A DNA stretch of 64,000 nt, taken from the NCBI GenBank assembly GCA_965603825.1, contig CBFDEM010000045.1:186001-250000 (forward strand), written 5' to 3'. Below are positions 1 to 12,465 of the stretch, in pieces. This DNA is from Blepharisma stoltei ATCC 30299 (lineage: Eukaryota > Protista > Ciliophora). A program made the translations under genes and the position numbers. The notes under the pieces were generated by a model. That model ran no database searches. It was given only the letters and a program-made list of their open reading frames with translations, and had not been told where the DNA came from. Each line of letters begins with the position of its first letter. The first letter of the stretch is position 1.

Positions 1-426
1 TACTGCAGTCATTCTGATTGCTAGACCTTCGACTGACTCTTGCATAGCTTTTCCTCGTATATAAGCAATTTTTACACCTTGCTCAATTGTTAAAGCTCCG
101 CTTATGACACAAGCGGAGTATTCGCCTAGAGAATGGCCTAATGCGTATGCAAAATCTGTTGGTTTGATGCCATGGGCTTGGTTTAAGTAGTTTCAATGGA
201 GGATTGATGAGACCATGATTGCTGGCTGGGCGAACTCAGTTAAGTTTAATTCAGATTCAGGGCCTTCTTTCATCAATTTTGAAAGCTAATTAGAAAATAC
301 TGGAAGACCAAGAGCTTCGTCTACATGGGCTAAGATTTCACTACACCATGGATATTGTTCGAACTGCTCAACCATGCCAACAAATTGGATACCTTGTCCT
401 GGGAGTAAAAGAACACGCTTTATCAT
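1..426 (-). CDS. MCAT: Malonyl-CoA:ACP transacylase (FabD/MCAT), runs off window start; intron 286-300; TGA=Trp at 193-195
   Basis: Manual translation: MIKRVLLLPGQGIQFVGM...LNLTEFAQPAI...GHSLGEYSA (PGQG and GHSLGE motifs). Frame opens only after removing a 15-nt intron and reading TGA as Trp. Start codon uncertain. Confidence 0.88.
286..300 (-). other. 15-nt spliceosomal intron GTATTTTCTAATTAG
   Basis: GT..AG, in-frame TAG; removal restores the FabD frame. Confidence 0.88.
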
Positions 427-699
427 ACAAAATATCCGTTTCCTAAAAAATGGCTTGAAAAAGAAACGAACACATACAAATTTTCATATTAATTTACCCT
501 AAAACTTGAAATTCACTGACATATTGAAAATAAAAAATGTGATTATGTTAGGGTTCTAGAATTTTCCAATTAATCACTTTAAAAGTTATCCTAAAAACTA
601 TAAAACTTAAAGCAAAAAAATCGATTTAAAATTAGAATATTTTGATGCAATTTTTTTTCTAAATCACATTAATCAATAATAAACAAAGTTTAGTACATA

Positions 700-2289
700 T
701 TAATATATATCTATAGACCTCTTTCGCACAATCGGCACACTTCCATTCAATTTTTTATAAAGCGACGCACACGTATCAAGATAAACCATCTCCATCCCAT
801 CTACCTTCTTAATATCCAATATAAAGCTCTCATTGAACTAAATATATTTTACCTTGTATATTTTTATATCAAATTTTACTCCTTTTCCTACATATTTCGG
901 TAAATCTTCACCTACTTTTTGCTCCTCAAACCCAACTGACCTTACCCGAATCTCAAATTCAGACAAAAATTTCCATTCCATATTCAGAGATTTCAAAGAC
1001 TCGAAAAGATGAATTACCAGTCTTATCGCAGAAATTGCACATCGAAAGCCAAAAACCCAGTTGTGAGGCATTGGGTGGTTGCTTTTTTCTGATTCAGTGG
1101 ACGAAGTACAATCAGAGCTGACAATAGTTTCGTCATCTGGGATCATAAAAATTCCAACTTTTTTCTGAAAAATTGGCTCCACATTGATTTCGCTTTGGTT
1201 AAGGAGTTTTCTTTTGACTTTTAAAGTAGAGTCTAAAAGAATATGATAAGTGACTGTAAAAGAGTCTTGCTTTTTTGCTAAAACTTGTTGTTTAAGCTGT
1301 TCTTTTTGAAGTCCTTGAAATTCTGGAAACTCTAAACACTTATTAAAGATTTCTTCAAAAATTTCTTTTCGACTTCTGTTAGCTTGTAAAGCTCCTAAAC
1401 AGTCTACAATTCTGTCATGATCTACAATAGCTTCAGTATATTTCAAATGCAATGGAATATTTGCTTTATACCATGGATGCTCCATTATCTGTTTTATCGT
1501 AATTCTTGATACCGGATCAGTGTTCAGCATCCTTCTAATTAAATCTCTTGCCCCTACAGAAAAATAATGAGGGACATTAAATCTCCCAGCTGTATATTTT
1601 TTACCTTTAATTTTTGCAAAAAGAGCTGGAATATTGTTTTCATCAAAAGGCAGATATGCGGCCAACAAAGTGTATAATAAAACTCCAACGCTCCAGACAT
1701 CGACTTGTGGCCCACAGTATTGTTCTCCAGATATGATTTCTGGGGCTGCATAATTAGGTGATCCACACGAAGTTTTAAGGAAAATTCCGTCTCTTATAAA
1801 ATTTGACAGTCCAAAATCTCCGAGCTTTAAAAAAGATTGTTCGTCAATTAGGATATTTTCTGGCTTAATATCTCTATGAACCACTTTACGCTCATGGCAG
1901 TATGATAAAGCTGATATTACTTGCTGGAAATATTCTCTGGCTTGCTTTTCAGGGATTCTGCCATTTCTTTCAATTAAGCTGTAGAGCTCTCCTCCTGGGA
2001 CGTATTCCATAACTAGTAATATTTCGCGTTCAGTTTCTATGAATTCATAACTAATTAGAAAATACAGTCGTATTATATGAGGGTGATGGAAGCCTTGAAG
2101 GATTTTAATTTCTCTTTCAATTTTGCGAAGACTGTTCTCATCTTGCACTTTATTGCGCTTGATTATTTTTATAGCAACTTTCTGTTTGGTTATATTGTGC
2201 TCAGCGACTGAGTGAAAATTACGCACTACTTTTGCAAAGGATCCACTTCCAAGCGGCCTGATGATTTTGTAGTGAGTGAGAGTTGACAT
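700..2289 (-). CDS. SNF1: SNF1/AMPK catalytic alpha subunit; four 15-nt introns (838-852, 1590-1604, 2051-2065, 2208-2222)
   Basis: HRDIKPEN, DFGLSN, LKTSCGSPNYAAPE activation loop. Three 5-aa insertions in the ORF translation are GTA..AG 15-mers; removing 838-852 adds a 46-codon last exon (FNESFILDIKKVDG...) ending TAA at 700-702. Confidence 0.93.
838..852 (-). other. 15-nt intron GTAAAATATATTTAG
   Basis: In-frame TAG; downstream exon continues the AMPK C-terminal domain. Confidence 0.88.
1590..1604 (-). other. 15-nt stopless intron GTAAAAAATATACAG
   Basis: Removal gives LFAKIKAGRF, the normal AMPK spacing. Confidence 0.85.
2051..2065 (-). other. 15-nt stopless intron GTATTTTCTAATTAG
   Basis: Removal gives HPHIIRLYEFI (canonical HPHIIxLYE). 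Confidence 0.9.
2208..2222 (-). other. 15-nt stopless intron GTAATTTTCACTCAG
   Basis: Removal gives GSFAKVVLAEH (canonical GxFxKVxxAEH). Confidence 0.88.
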
Positions 2290-2865
2290 TTATGTCGGAT
2301 TTTCTGGTGGAGAATATTTTTACTGGCAGAATAATATGCGATTTAATTGATTTTTTTATTACAAGTCTAAATTAAAACTCCGAAATATAAATTTTTAAAT
2401 ATAACAATGTTTTTAATGTCGGCAAGTCAGATAAATATTTATAATATTTTGCGACAAAAGTAAGTTTTGCATACAATTAGGAAAATAAGCAATTAATAAT
2501 ATTAGAAACTGCCAAATTTATTATTATTAATCTATTGGTAATCTATAATTTAAATTAGCAAAATTGAATGATTAATTTGTCTGACTATCCAAATTTGGTT
2601 TTTAATACCAGATAATTTAAATTTAACAAATTATTATTCAAAACACAATAATTTATAACAATGCTAATGATTTAAAATCTATTAAATATTAAATTTATTA
2701 AAATCATCATTTTAAAACTTGATGAATCATATAATTGTAAAAGCTCAATTAATTATTAGAATTTATATTAATTCCATCCCTTGACTATAATAAACTCCCT
2801 CCAAGTCTCAGCACCTTATTACATACTCTAAACATCAATCACATATGAATTCCAAATAATCAATT

Positions 2866-5472
2866 ATGGCCTATTTCGCCAGCACAAGAAGAGGGGAAAT
2901 TGCTGAGCTTCAAGAAGAATTGAACTCCAACAAGCCTGACAGGAAAAAAGAAGCAGTTAAAAAAGTGATCGCCGCAATGACCGTTGGCAAAGATGTATCA
3001 TCTCTATTTCCTCATGTTATAAAATCCATGGAAACTACGAACATCGACCTAAAGAAGCTAGTTTATCTCTACATTATCAACTATGCAAAAACTCAGCCAG
3101 ATCTTGCAATTCTCGCAGTAAATTCCTTCAGAAAAGACGCAAGAAATCCAAGCAACCCTTTAATCCGAGCCCTTGCAGTCAGAACTATGGGCTGTATTCG
3201 AGTTGAAAAAATCACTGAATATCTGTGTGAGCCTCTTAAAGATGCTTTAGGTGACGACGACCCTTATGTCAGAAAAACAGCTGCCATATGTGTCGCTAAA
3301 CTCTATGACATTTCCCCTTATCTCGTAGAAGATGATTTTCTTCAAATTCTTGACGGTCTGCTTAGTGATGGAAACGCTATGGTCGTCGCTAACACTGTTG
3401 CTGCTTTATTAGAAATCACTGATATGAAAGGGAAGCCAGCAATACGGCTAAACTCTAATTCAATAAGCAGAATTCTTGCAGCACTTCCAGAATGCACAGA
3501 ATGGGGGCAGGTTTCAATTTTAGATTATTTGGTGACCTATACACCTATAGATATCCCAGAAGCTGAAAGTATCATTGAAAGAGTCGTCCCAAGGCTTGCC
3601 CATTCCAATGCTGCAGTTGTAATTTCTACTGTAAAAGTCCTAATGAAATATATGGATTTCGTCACAAATTCTGAACTTATCAGAAGCCTTTGCAGAAAAC
3701 TTGGGCCTATTTTGGTTTCACTTTTAGGAGCAGAAAACGAGATGCAGTATGTCGCCCTTAAATGTATAAATTTAGTAGTCCAGAAACGTGGGAATATTTT
3801 GGATAGAGACATAAGAGTGTTTTTCTGCAAGTATAATGACCCTATATATGTGAAGCTAGAAAAGCTTGAAATTATGGTGCAACTATCAGATTTAAAAAAT
3901 ATAGATCAGGTGCTATATGAGCTGAAAGAGTACGCAACTGAAGTTGACGTAGAATTTGTGAGGAAAAGCGTCAGAGCTATAGGAAGATGTGCGATAAAGC
4001 TTGAAAGAGCTGTAGACCGCTGCATTTCGTGTCTGCTTGATTTAATCAGCCTGAAAGTAAACTTTGTGGTCCAAGAAGCTGTCATTGTGATTAGAGACAT
4101 TTTTAGAAAATACCCAAATCGATATGAAATGATCATTAAAAATTTATTTGAAAATTTAGAAAATCTGGATGACCCTGAAGCAAAAGCGTCAATGATATGG
4201 ATTTTAGGGGAATATTCAGACAGAATTGATGACGCCACAGCTCAAATTGCCCATTTCATTGAAACGTATATGGACGAACCTCCACAAGTCCAGCTGCAGC
4301 TTCTGACTGCGACTGTAAAACTTTTCCTTAAAAAACCTGACGAAAGTGAAGGTCTTATAACTGACTTGCTAAAGCAATCAACTGAATCTGCCTCAAACCC
4401 TGACTTAAGAGACAGGGCTTATATCTATTGGAGACTGTTGTCCTCAGACCCTGAAGCTGCTAAAGATATCATTTTTGGGGAAAAGCCTACCATATCTGAC
4501 GATACTTTGGCTTTGGACGCGACTTTACTTGACAGACTTATAGAAGACCTAGGAAGACTGTCTACTATTTACAGAAAACCTGCAGAAGCAATCACAAATA
4601 AGAAAAGGGAAAGGCAAATTGAGAAGCAGGAATATGAAGAAGAAGTCCTTGAATATGACTCTTCAGGACAAAGAATAGGAGAAGCTGTAGCAACTTATAG
4701 TGGCGACTTATTAGGAATTGATGCTGAGCCTAGCAAAAGATTTGCGAGAATTCCGCTGCAGAATGTACTTAATGCCCAGACACCAGGGGTGAATGGGAAT
4801 ATGGGGCTTTCTATTGATATGGCATTTCAGAGGATCAATGGGGAAATCCTGCTTGATTGTAGGTTTACGAATTCTTCACAAGCACTTTTGAGTGACTGGG
4901 CAATGCAATTTAATGTAAACCACTTTGGGTTGGCGATGGGAGAAGCATTAGCGTTGCCAGATCTGCATCCTGGAGCCTCAAAAAATACCAAGATTTCTAT
5001 CGTGACAACGGGCAAGCCTGACTCAAACCCTCCAGGTGTTCCAATTATAATCCAAATTGCCATAAAATGCTCATTAGATATCTATTATTTCCAAATCCCT
5101 TGCATGTATACAGTCCTACTCAGCGAGAGCGGGCTTTTATCAAAAGAAGAATTCAAGCAAACATGGACCGGAGTGTCAGATCCTTCTGAATTTACTCATA
5201 CCTTGCAAGCCATTGATCCTTCATATTCAACCTATCAACTGATTCAAGACAGACTTGAAGCAAATCACATCTTTTTCGTCGCTGGAAAATCTACCGAAAC
5301 TGGTCAAGTATCATACTTTTCTACCAAAAATTCCAAAGACCAGGTCGTTCTTTGTGAAATCCGAGTCTCAAACCCAGTTTCTGCTGTACAAGTGACATGT
5401 AAGACTCCTCACCCAGCTCTGGCTCCTCTTTTTATCCAAGGTATTAATTTCTTATTATCAACGGCATCATAA
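2866..5472 (+). CDS. AP-1/AP-2 complex beta subunit (beta-adaptin), 868 aa
   Basis: KKEAVKKVIAAMTVGKDVSSLFP, LKKLVYLY, NPLIRALAVRTMGCIRV, NPDLRDRAYIYWRLL; appendage domain at C-terminus; no intron or TGA needed. Confidence 0.97.
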   Translation: MAYFASTRRGEIAELQEELNSNKPDRKKEAVKKVIAAMTVGKDVSSLFPHVIKSMETTNIDLKKLVYLYIINYAKTQPDLAILAVNSFRKDARNPSNPLIRALAVRTMGCIRVEKITEYLCEPLKDALGDDDPYVRKTAAICVAKLYDISPYLVEDDFLQILDGLLSDGNAMVVANTVAALLEITDMKGKPAIRLNSNSISRILAALPECTEWGQVSILDYLVTYTPIDIPEAESIIERVVPRLAHSNAAVVISTVKVLMKYMDFVTNSELIRSLCRKLGPILVSLLGAENEMQYVALKCINLVVQKRGNILDRDIRVFFCKYNDPIYVKLEKLEIMVQLSDLKNIDQVLYELKEYATEVDVEFVRKSVRAIGRCAIKLERAVDRCISCLLDLISLKVNFVVQEAVIVIRDIFRKYPNRYEMIIKNLFENLENLDDPEAKASMIWILGEYSDRIDDATAQIAHFIETYMDEPPQVQLQLLTATVKLFLKKPDESEGLITDLLKQSTESASNPDLRDRAYIYWRLLSSDPEAAKDIIFGEKPTISDDTLALDATLLDRLIEDLGRLSTIYRKPAEAITNKKRERQIEKQEYEEEVLEYDSSGQRIGEAVATYSGDLLGIDAEPSKRFARIPLQNVLNAQTPGVNGNMGLSIDMAFQRINGEILLDCRFTNSSQALLSDWAMQFNVNHFGLAMGEALALPDLHPGASKNTKISIVTTGKPDSNPPGVPIIIQIAIKCSLDIYYFQIPCMYTVLLSESGLLSKEEFKQTWTGVSDPSEFTHTLQAIDPSYSTYQLIQDRLEANHIFFVAGKSTETGQVSYFSTKNSKDQVVLCEIRVSNPVSAVQVTCKTPHPALAPLFIQGINFLLSTAS

Positions 5473-5504
5473 TTAAGATATTTTAATAAGGAAATTAAGA
5501 CTAA

Positions 5505-8500
5505 TTAAGTTAGTTCAGCTGTAACAATGTTGGAAAAAATCATTGGAATGCAGAAAACTATCATCATGCAGCAGAGGATTAAACAGATGGATAAGCAAAT
5601 TTTGGCTTTAAATTCAGGCCCACACATTTGAGAGATTAAGGATAGAGGATTCCACGACCATTTAAATCTGCCTGTAGGCTCAGGCAAAAAGGGGTCAACG
5701 TTAGGGTCTGATCTGCCTTCTCCTACTGGATTGTTTAAGGCAGCATCTTTTGGCACCAATTCAAAACTGATTTTTATTTTTCCTGCCTCAGATACTTTTC
5801 CTTTCTTGTCAACCTTAGACAAATTGATCCAAAAGCAGTCAGACTGTTTTTTGCTTAATGAAGCTAGCATTCCTGAGTCGGCTTCTCCATACTTTTTTGT
5901 CCTTTTCCCGGCTTCCCACGCTTCTTTGGCTAAATCTTCAAAATCAAAGGCTGAGGATGCAATAAAATCGTTTCTTGATAGCATATCTCTGTCCCAAATC
6001 TGCAAGGTCAGCCTATAATTGGTTTCTTCTTGGGATACAGTCAATGGAAATTTCATTCTCCAATTCCAGCAGCCTCTTCCACTTTGAGCTCTATAATGAG
6101 TATCAGTTTCTTTTTCTTTGCCTTGCTTGATCCAAGCTCTGACATACAGATCGCTGACACCTTCAAAGTCCATATTTTCTATATCTTCGCATTCCCAGAC
6201 AATAAGCCTGGCTTCAAATTCAGCTGGAGGACGAGGCTGAATTTCAAATATTGGAGGCTGGGATTTGCCAGCTATTACGTCAACCCATAATCTTATGGAT
6301 CCTTGAGGCCTTCTGCTTGATTTATGGTATAGTCTGCGGGTTTCTATAGGCTTTTCAGGGAGTTTTTTCCATTTGCTGGAGAAAAATCGGTCTTCTAAAT
6401 CTATGCGAGTTTCGCCGATTTTTTCATCACTGAAGACGTCGTTGTGGTCCCATACTTGAATTTTTAATAAAGAAGCACCAGGTAAGGTGGTTTCAAAGGA
6501 GAAAAACTTGTAAAATTTTGGATTGGAAATATCACTTTGGTACTCGTCCTTTAGATTATACTCTTCTTTTCCTAACGACACCTTAAGATATGGATCTGAT
6601 GCAGAAAATCTATCTTTTTGTTCCAAATCAAAAGCATCAATAATATAAACTCGCACAGTAACAGGAGTTTTCACAAGCAGCTGCCTCGTGATTTCATCGA
6701 ACTCTCTATCTTTTTCTAGCATTCCCCCTAGCAGCGTCATAGAATTTGATAAATTTAACCCTCCATTTGCAATGATTTTAATTTTTTCTTTATAATCAAG
6801 GTACTTTCTTGGAGTAATCCTCACCAGTCCTTTAAATTTTCCTACACATTTTAAATTGGTTTTTTGGCCTGATATATCTAATCTGTCAGCTTTATCAAAA
6901 ATGCTTTCATCAAGACCTCTTGACTGGCCTTTAAGAAGCTCATACTCGCAGAATGGAGATTCTCCATAATACTCAGAGTTTTCCAGTTCAGTATCTAAAT
7001 AAAGCCTATAATGTCTATGCCCATCATCAGGAGCGCGGTTATACCCTAGCGACATATAGAATTTAGGGTCTGGGATCTTTATTTCAGTCATTTTATTCGT
7101 CTTTGAACTTGTTTTATATAGAGGCAGTCTAACCACATGTCCTTGGATAGCTTCATCTATCGTTAATTTTCTATCTGCATCAGGAAGATTAAGCTGTTTT
7201 GCAGACTGTTGTAAAGCAATACTTATCCCTCTTGCTATATACGTATTATCAACTTCTTCTAATAAAGGCTTTTCTTCTTTGCTTTTTTTCTTGTTTTCTT
7301 TTTTAAATAGACCTTTAAAGCTTAAAGCAAATTTTCTGGGTTTTTGGTCTGGGTTGGATTTTGTTTCGATTTTTTCTTCTTCTCTGTGGTCTTCAGTTTT
7401 GGTTTCTAAGCTGGCATTTGTATTGGTGTCAGCGATTTCTTTGATAGAAATTTCGCTTTGAGGAGCTTGACCTAGTGAGTTAAAGATTTTTGCAAGCTCA
7501 GTGATTGAGTTGCGGAATGGGTTTTGGATCTCGACGACTTTTTCAACTTCATTTTTCACACTTTTTACGCTTGTTTTGGATTTTTGGATGATGTCGCCGA
7601 GGTATAAGCTGAAAGTGCCGATTAAGGGTTGATAGAGGCCTGCGAATAAATTATCGTGGACTGTGCAGGTGAGTGTTGGGCAGTATAGTGGGTCTTTAGG
7701 TAGTTTACAAGTAAAAGAAAGGACTGTGTTAACATTTGGATTCATCCCTGGGTCTCCTGGCTGTGTTTGCAGCTCTTTTTTAATCAAAGAACCACCAGTG
7801 AGTCTTAATGAATTAAGGTCAAACTTCACAAAAGCTTTATTTACTGGCATAAACCCTACAGCTGGATGTAGATCTCTCATTCCTAAAATGCTGATTTCTA
7901 TGCTAACATCGTCATACTCAGGAATGATTTCATATTCTACAACTTGGCCAACATCATATAGGTTATAAGAAATCAAAATTTCCCCCATCTCACTACCAAC
8001 ACGACCCATATTTAAGCTTTTCCATTTAGGAGGAGTTGGAGTTCGAGAGTTTATAGTCGCTTCAGTTATCTAAATTACTATTACATCTGTTATGGTCATT
8101 CCAATTAAATCATCACCTCCTATACGATCCCAATCCCAGACATAACAAATAATAGGAGGGACTGCTTCAAATGCTCCTATAGAAAGTTCAATAGGAATTG
8201 TACGGTACCAAGTCTATATAAATTATACAGGATTCAGCGTTCTTTCTTGAGGCTCATTTTGTGTAGATCCAAGGGCGCCTGCACAGTAGATCTTTACATA
8301 AGGGTCAGCCAGGCCATTCTTATCAGCTGCAGGGAGATTTCTGCATTGGTACAAGTTGCAGACCAGGATTTTTTTTGACTCTTGAGGAGGCATAGGCGGC
8401 TTATCCCAGCCTCCAACTGTAAGATCATCATTATCTTCATCATAAGGCCCAACATAAATCCTTATCCTCAAAAACCCAGCATCCCACTCGTTTTTCACTT

Positions 8501-9992
8501 CCCCTATTGATTTATCAGCCGCAAACCTAATCCAAAACGGCTTCCCATTTACATCTGCAAGATCTTTTGCCCTAATCCTATGGAAACAAATCGATTTTTT
8601 GTCCTTTACTAAATATATAAAAACATCAGGCAAGTTGTTTTCAGCACCATGCGGTATCAGTGAAGTCTTTCTTTTGCATGACTCATATCAGTCAATTCTA
8701 TTATTCGCTGCTTTTTTAACTGAAGTTGAGGTAGAAACGCCACTAAATGACACTTTGACTGCGTATTCTCCTTTTTCTTTAGGCAAAGCTGCACTATTGA
8801 AGACTTGGGCTCGCAGTTCGTAGTCTTTTCCAACTTCGTATTCATCGCGAATTTTTACTGGAAGATTTGGGTCTTTTATTTTTTCGACTTTTAGCTCTGA
8901 GTTGTTGTTTTTTTCTGAAGTTATGCTTAAGAGGACTCTTCCTCGCCAATGAGAAGCAAGCTCTTCTATCATATTCATTCGGTTAGCTTCTTCATTATCA
9001 ATTAATGCTGGAGCTCCATACAGGTTTGACCAGCGATTTTGCGAAAAACGCCCATTCTCGACAATTCGCCAGGGTATTGAAATACTGCCGACAAGGTCGT
9101 CTTTTGGACACATCAGATCTCGGTCATAAAAAGTTAGGATTATGTTATTAGTCAAGCATGGCTCCATAACTGGCAAATATAATTCCTCATACCAATATGC
9201 TGACAAAGTAGCTTTATCGGCCACTTTTACACTAGAAACCACTTTAGATCCTCCTATTTTTGCAACGCAAAAAGCATCCAAACTATCAGTCAACGTATCT
9301 AATACTGGCAAGCTTTCTGCTTTCAGCAATCTAATCTTAACTTGTTTAGTAGAAGGCCTAATCTGTGGAGGTAGCAGTATGTCTTCATCTTTTTTGGACA
9401 CATCTTCTCTTATCGTTAAATCTACCGTTTTATCAGTCTCATGTAGTACAGAAATCCCAACCTTCAAATACCCTCTAACTTTTTCAAAATCTGAGTCTTT
9501 AGGGTTTGACAGCAAAATCCAACGATGTATAAACGCATGATCAGACTGATGATAAACAGAGGACATGTCCATGTAAAATTGCCCTACCAAGGAGTCTTTT
9601 CATAAGGTGTTGTGGTCTCTTACTTCAAACATAATAGAAGAGTTAGCCATTTCTTCAGCTGTAATGTTTTCACGTGTGAAGAAGAAATGCTCGTTTCATA
9701 CTAAATTAATGGAGCCTCCTTGGTCTGATACTCGTTTTGTGCATTTATCTTTGTTTCAGACTTTCATGACGACTATTGGGTCTATTGCAGAACTGTTTAG
9801 GAATTACTCTGAATTTGCTGCTAAAAGGGCTCGGCATTCTTCTAAATAGATGTGGACTGTATAGTCGCCTTTTTTAAAAGTAACAGGGTCAGGCGCTATT
9901 GGAGCAGAATCTCCTTTGTCTTCGTTTTCTTCTTTTTCTTTTGAGTCCTTTTCAGGCTCTTCTTTCTTTTGCTCTTCTTTTCGCCCAGCCAT
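5505..9992 (-). CDS. Ferlin-family multi-C2 tail-anchored membrane protein (~1480 aa); introns 8070-8084, 8214-8228, 9793-9807; TGA=Trp at 8688, 9600, 9696, 9756
   Basis: Four ORF-track fragments join in frame. Multiple C2 domains (LVWNEHFFF, YQCRNLPAADKNGLADPY, IGETRIDLEDRFFS, ETDTHYRAQSGRGCWNWRMKF), NPVGEGRSDPN ferlin C-terminal motif, single C-terminal TM helix. Confidence 0.92.
8070..8084 (-). other. 15-nt intron GTAATAGTAATTTAG
   Basis: In-frame TAG; removal joins ferlin exons. Confidence 0.85.
8214..8228 (-). other. 15-nt intron GTATAATTTATATAG
   Basis: Removal gives TLNPTWY (C2 NPxW motif). Confidence 0.9.
9793..9807 (-). other. 15-nt intron GTAATTCCTAAACAG
   Basis: In-frame TAA; removal gives NSDSAIDPIVVMKVW. 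Confidence 0.88.
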
Positions 9993-10284
9993 TTATAACT
10001 TTACACTAATCGTTATATACATTTTGTTTTTACAGTTTAAATTTGTATCGGAAACAATAAAAGAAACTACAGCGATTTGCATAAAAAACAATATACAATT
10101 AATACCAGCTCTTCATTAGAATTAGCCTTTGCTGATGTCTTTGTCATCGAAATAAACTATTTTGTTTTATTATTCATAAATTTTTAACTAATTTATAATC
10201 TATTTTTGCGATTTTAATCGATTAATTAATTAAAATCTGTTATATCTCATAATGGAAAAAACAAAAATTAATAAGCAGCTATAA

Positions 10285-12312
10285 ATGTTCATAGAAGATC
10301 ATATATTTCCAAATTGGGGAAGACTACGTATTCCACCCAAGCTAGAATTCACTTCAAGTGAAGTAAAAGAAATCCGCCGAAAGATAAAAGATACCCCTTA
10401 CAAAGAACTTTTCGATAAGTTTCCTCGGTTTTTTTCTCCCTGTGCAGCATCAAAATTCCTAGAGCAGCCACCTCTTATCGCAGAACCTATCCTAGAAGAA
10501 GGCATTAAAGACAAAGTTGCATTTAAAGGAAAGGACGGGAACGCTTATACCGGACAAGTAGACGAGAAAAATAGACGAAATGGCTGAGGTTATTTGCTAT
10601 TTGTTGATGGAACTATGCATCAGGGCTTTTTTTATGCAGGCGATATCAGAGGAAGAGGCAGAAGATTTGACCTCAATGGAGTTGTGCTACAAGGAGATTG
10701 AAAAGGCAATGTTTTAAAAGGAGAAGGGATGATTATTTGGCCGAATGGAGTTTCATATGAAGGCTATATAGAAGATGGGATGCCTCATGGAGACGGTGTA
10801 GAAACTACTGAGGAATACACTTATAATGGAAATTTTATTAGAGGAGAAAAAGATGGGTATGGGGAATTATTTTGGAAAGATGGGTCTTGGTATAAAGGAA
10901 TGTTTAATATACAAAAAATCGAGGGGGAAGGGACTTATCATTGGGCAAATGGAAATGAGTATGAAGGAGAATGATTTAGAAATAAAATGCATGGCAAAGG
11001 AGTTTTCAAATGGGCTGATGGAAGAGTTTATAAAGGAAATTTTGCACATGGATATAGAGAAGGTCATGGAAAACTAGAATGGCCCAGTGGGAGGAGATAT
11101 GAAGGGTATTGGGAAAAAGGGTTTTATGATGGGATTGGGATGGAAGTTAGGGAAGATGGCACAACTTCTGAAGGAGTCTTTGTTTCTGGGCAGCTAGCAC
11201 AGAATTTCGACCCAGTTATACCTGGATCTGATGAAGAATTAAGCGATGATCAGATTGACACAAAAGAGCTATTTAAGCAAGTAGCTCCTTCTTATGAAGA
11301 CCTGCTAAAGAAAGCCAATATTATAAGGAAAATTAAGAAGCAGCCTTTATCTGATATTTCTGGAAGCTTTCTAGAAGTAACTGAAGAAGACTTTACTGTA
11401 GAAGCTAAAAAAGAAAGAAAACAGAAGCTCATTAAAGAAATAAAAGAGAAAAAAACACAACAAAGAGACAAAAGACTTAAATTAAGAAAATGGGAAACTG
11501 AAGACCCCAGAAAAGCATGTTTATGGGACTTAGAAAGCCCTTTAATTGACCATCCTATATTTTTTAAAGCATATTCCCTCCACAATGAATTGCCTCCATT
11601 TGAGTATGAAGACCCTGACTATGAAATGCCTTTTGATTTAAATTTCAATGAAGACTGAAAAGATTTAGGAGCAGGAAAACTCTATAAAGGCCAAATGGAC
11701 GACAATGAGCAAGCCCAAGGTATGGGGGTTCTTTTACATAAAGGCAGAATATATGAAGGATTTTGAAGAGATAATAAAAGGTGTGGATATGGCCGACAAA
11801 TAGGCCCAAAGGGAGATGTATATCATGGGTATTGATATGATAACATGAGGAGTGGATTTGGCACATATGAAATTAAAGAAAAAAATTATTCATATATTGG
11901 AGACTGGGAAAATGATATTTTCCATGGCAGAGGGCTACTGGTAACTGAGGAAGCTGCTTATGAAGGAGATTGAAAAGAAAATAAACAGCATGGAGCAGGA
12001 TCACTGGTCTATGATGATGGAAGAGTTTATAATGGCTCGTTCAAAGATGGAGTTATTGAAGGATATGGGTCTTTAATCTGGCCAAATGGAAAAGGATATG
12101 CAGGACAGTGGAAAAATGGAGAAATGATTGGAATTGGGACAAAAGTGACACGAAAAATAAAATCATTGTACGCAAATGGACTAGAAGAATTTGCTGCAAA
12201 ACACAGTTTTCAAGAAAATTCAATTCCAGAGTCAGTTGTCTCTGAACGTGACATTCCTTATGAAGGAACTACTGCTACAGGAGGCCCAACAACTTATATT
12301 GATAATTATTAA
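10285..12312 (+). CDS. MORN-repeat protein with two MORN blocks (~675 aa); TGA=Trp at 10585, 10699, 10972, 11656, 11764, 11833, 11971
   Basis: YEGxW...HGxG repeats; five TGAs occupy the MORN Trp (YEGE*, YEGF*, YHGY*, YEGD*, QGD*); one continuous frame to TAA. Confidence 0.92.
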
Positions 12313-12465
12313 TTTAATTTAATAGCTGATAGATATTATAAAAGGTAATTTACAAAAATCTCAAAGCCAATTATACTTATTATTTATCATAAAAGCTAAT
12401 TACAAATGAAAACACTATTCACATTGTATTCACATAAAAGAGTCTTAATGCTAGCTCAAAAACTT

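Noticed and set aside
546-553. TGTTAGGG, one heterotrich telomere unit (also near 47805)
   Set aside because: Single 8-mers are expected by chance; no tandem telomeric array in the window
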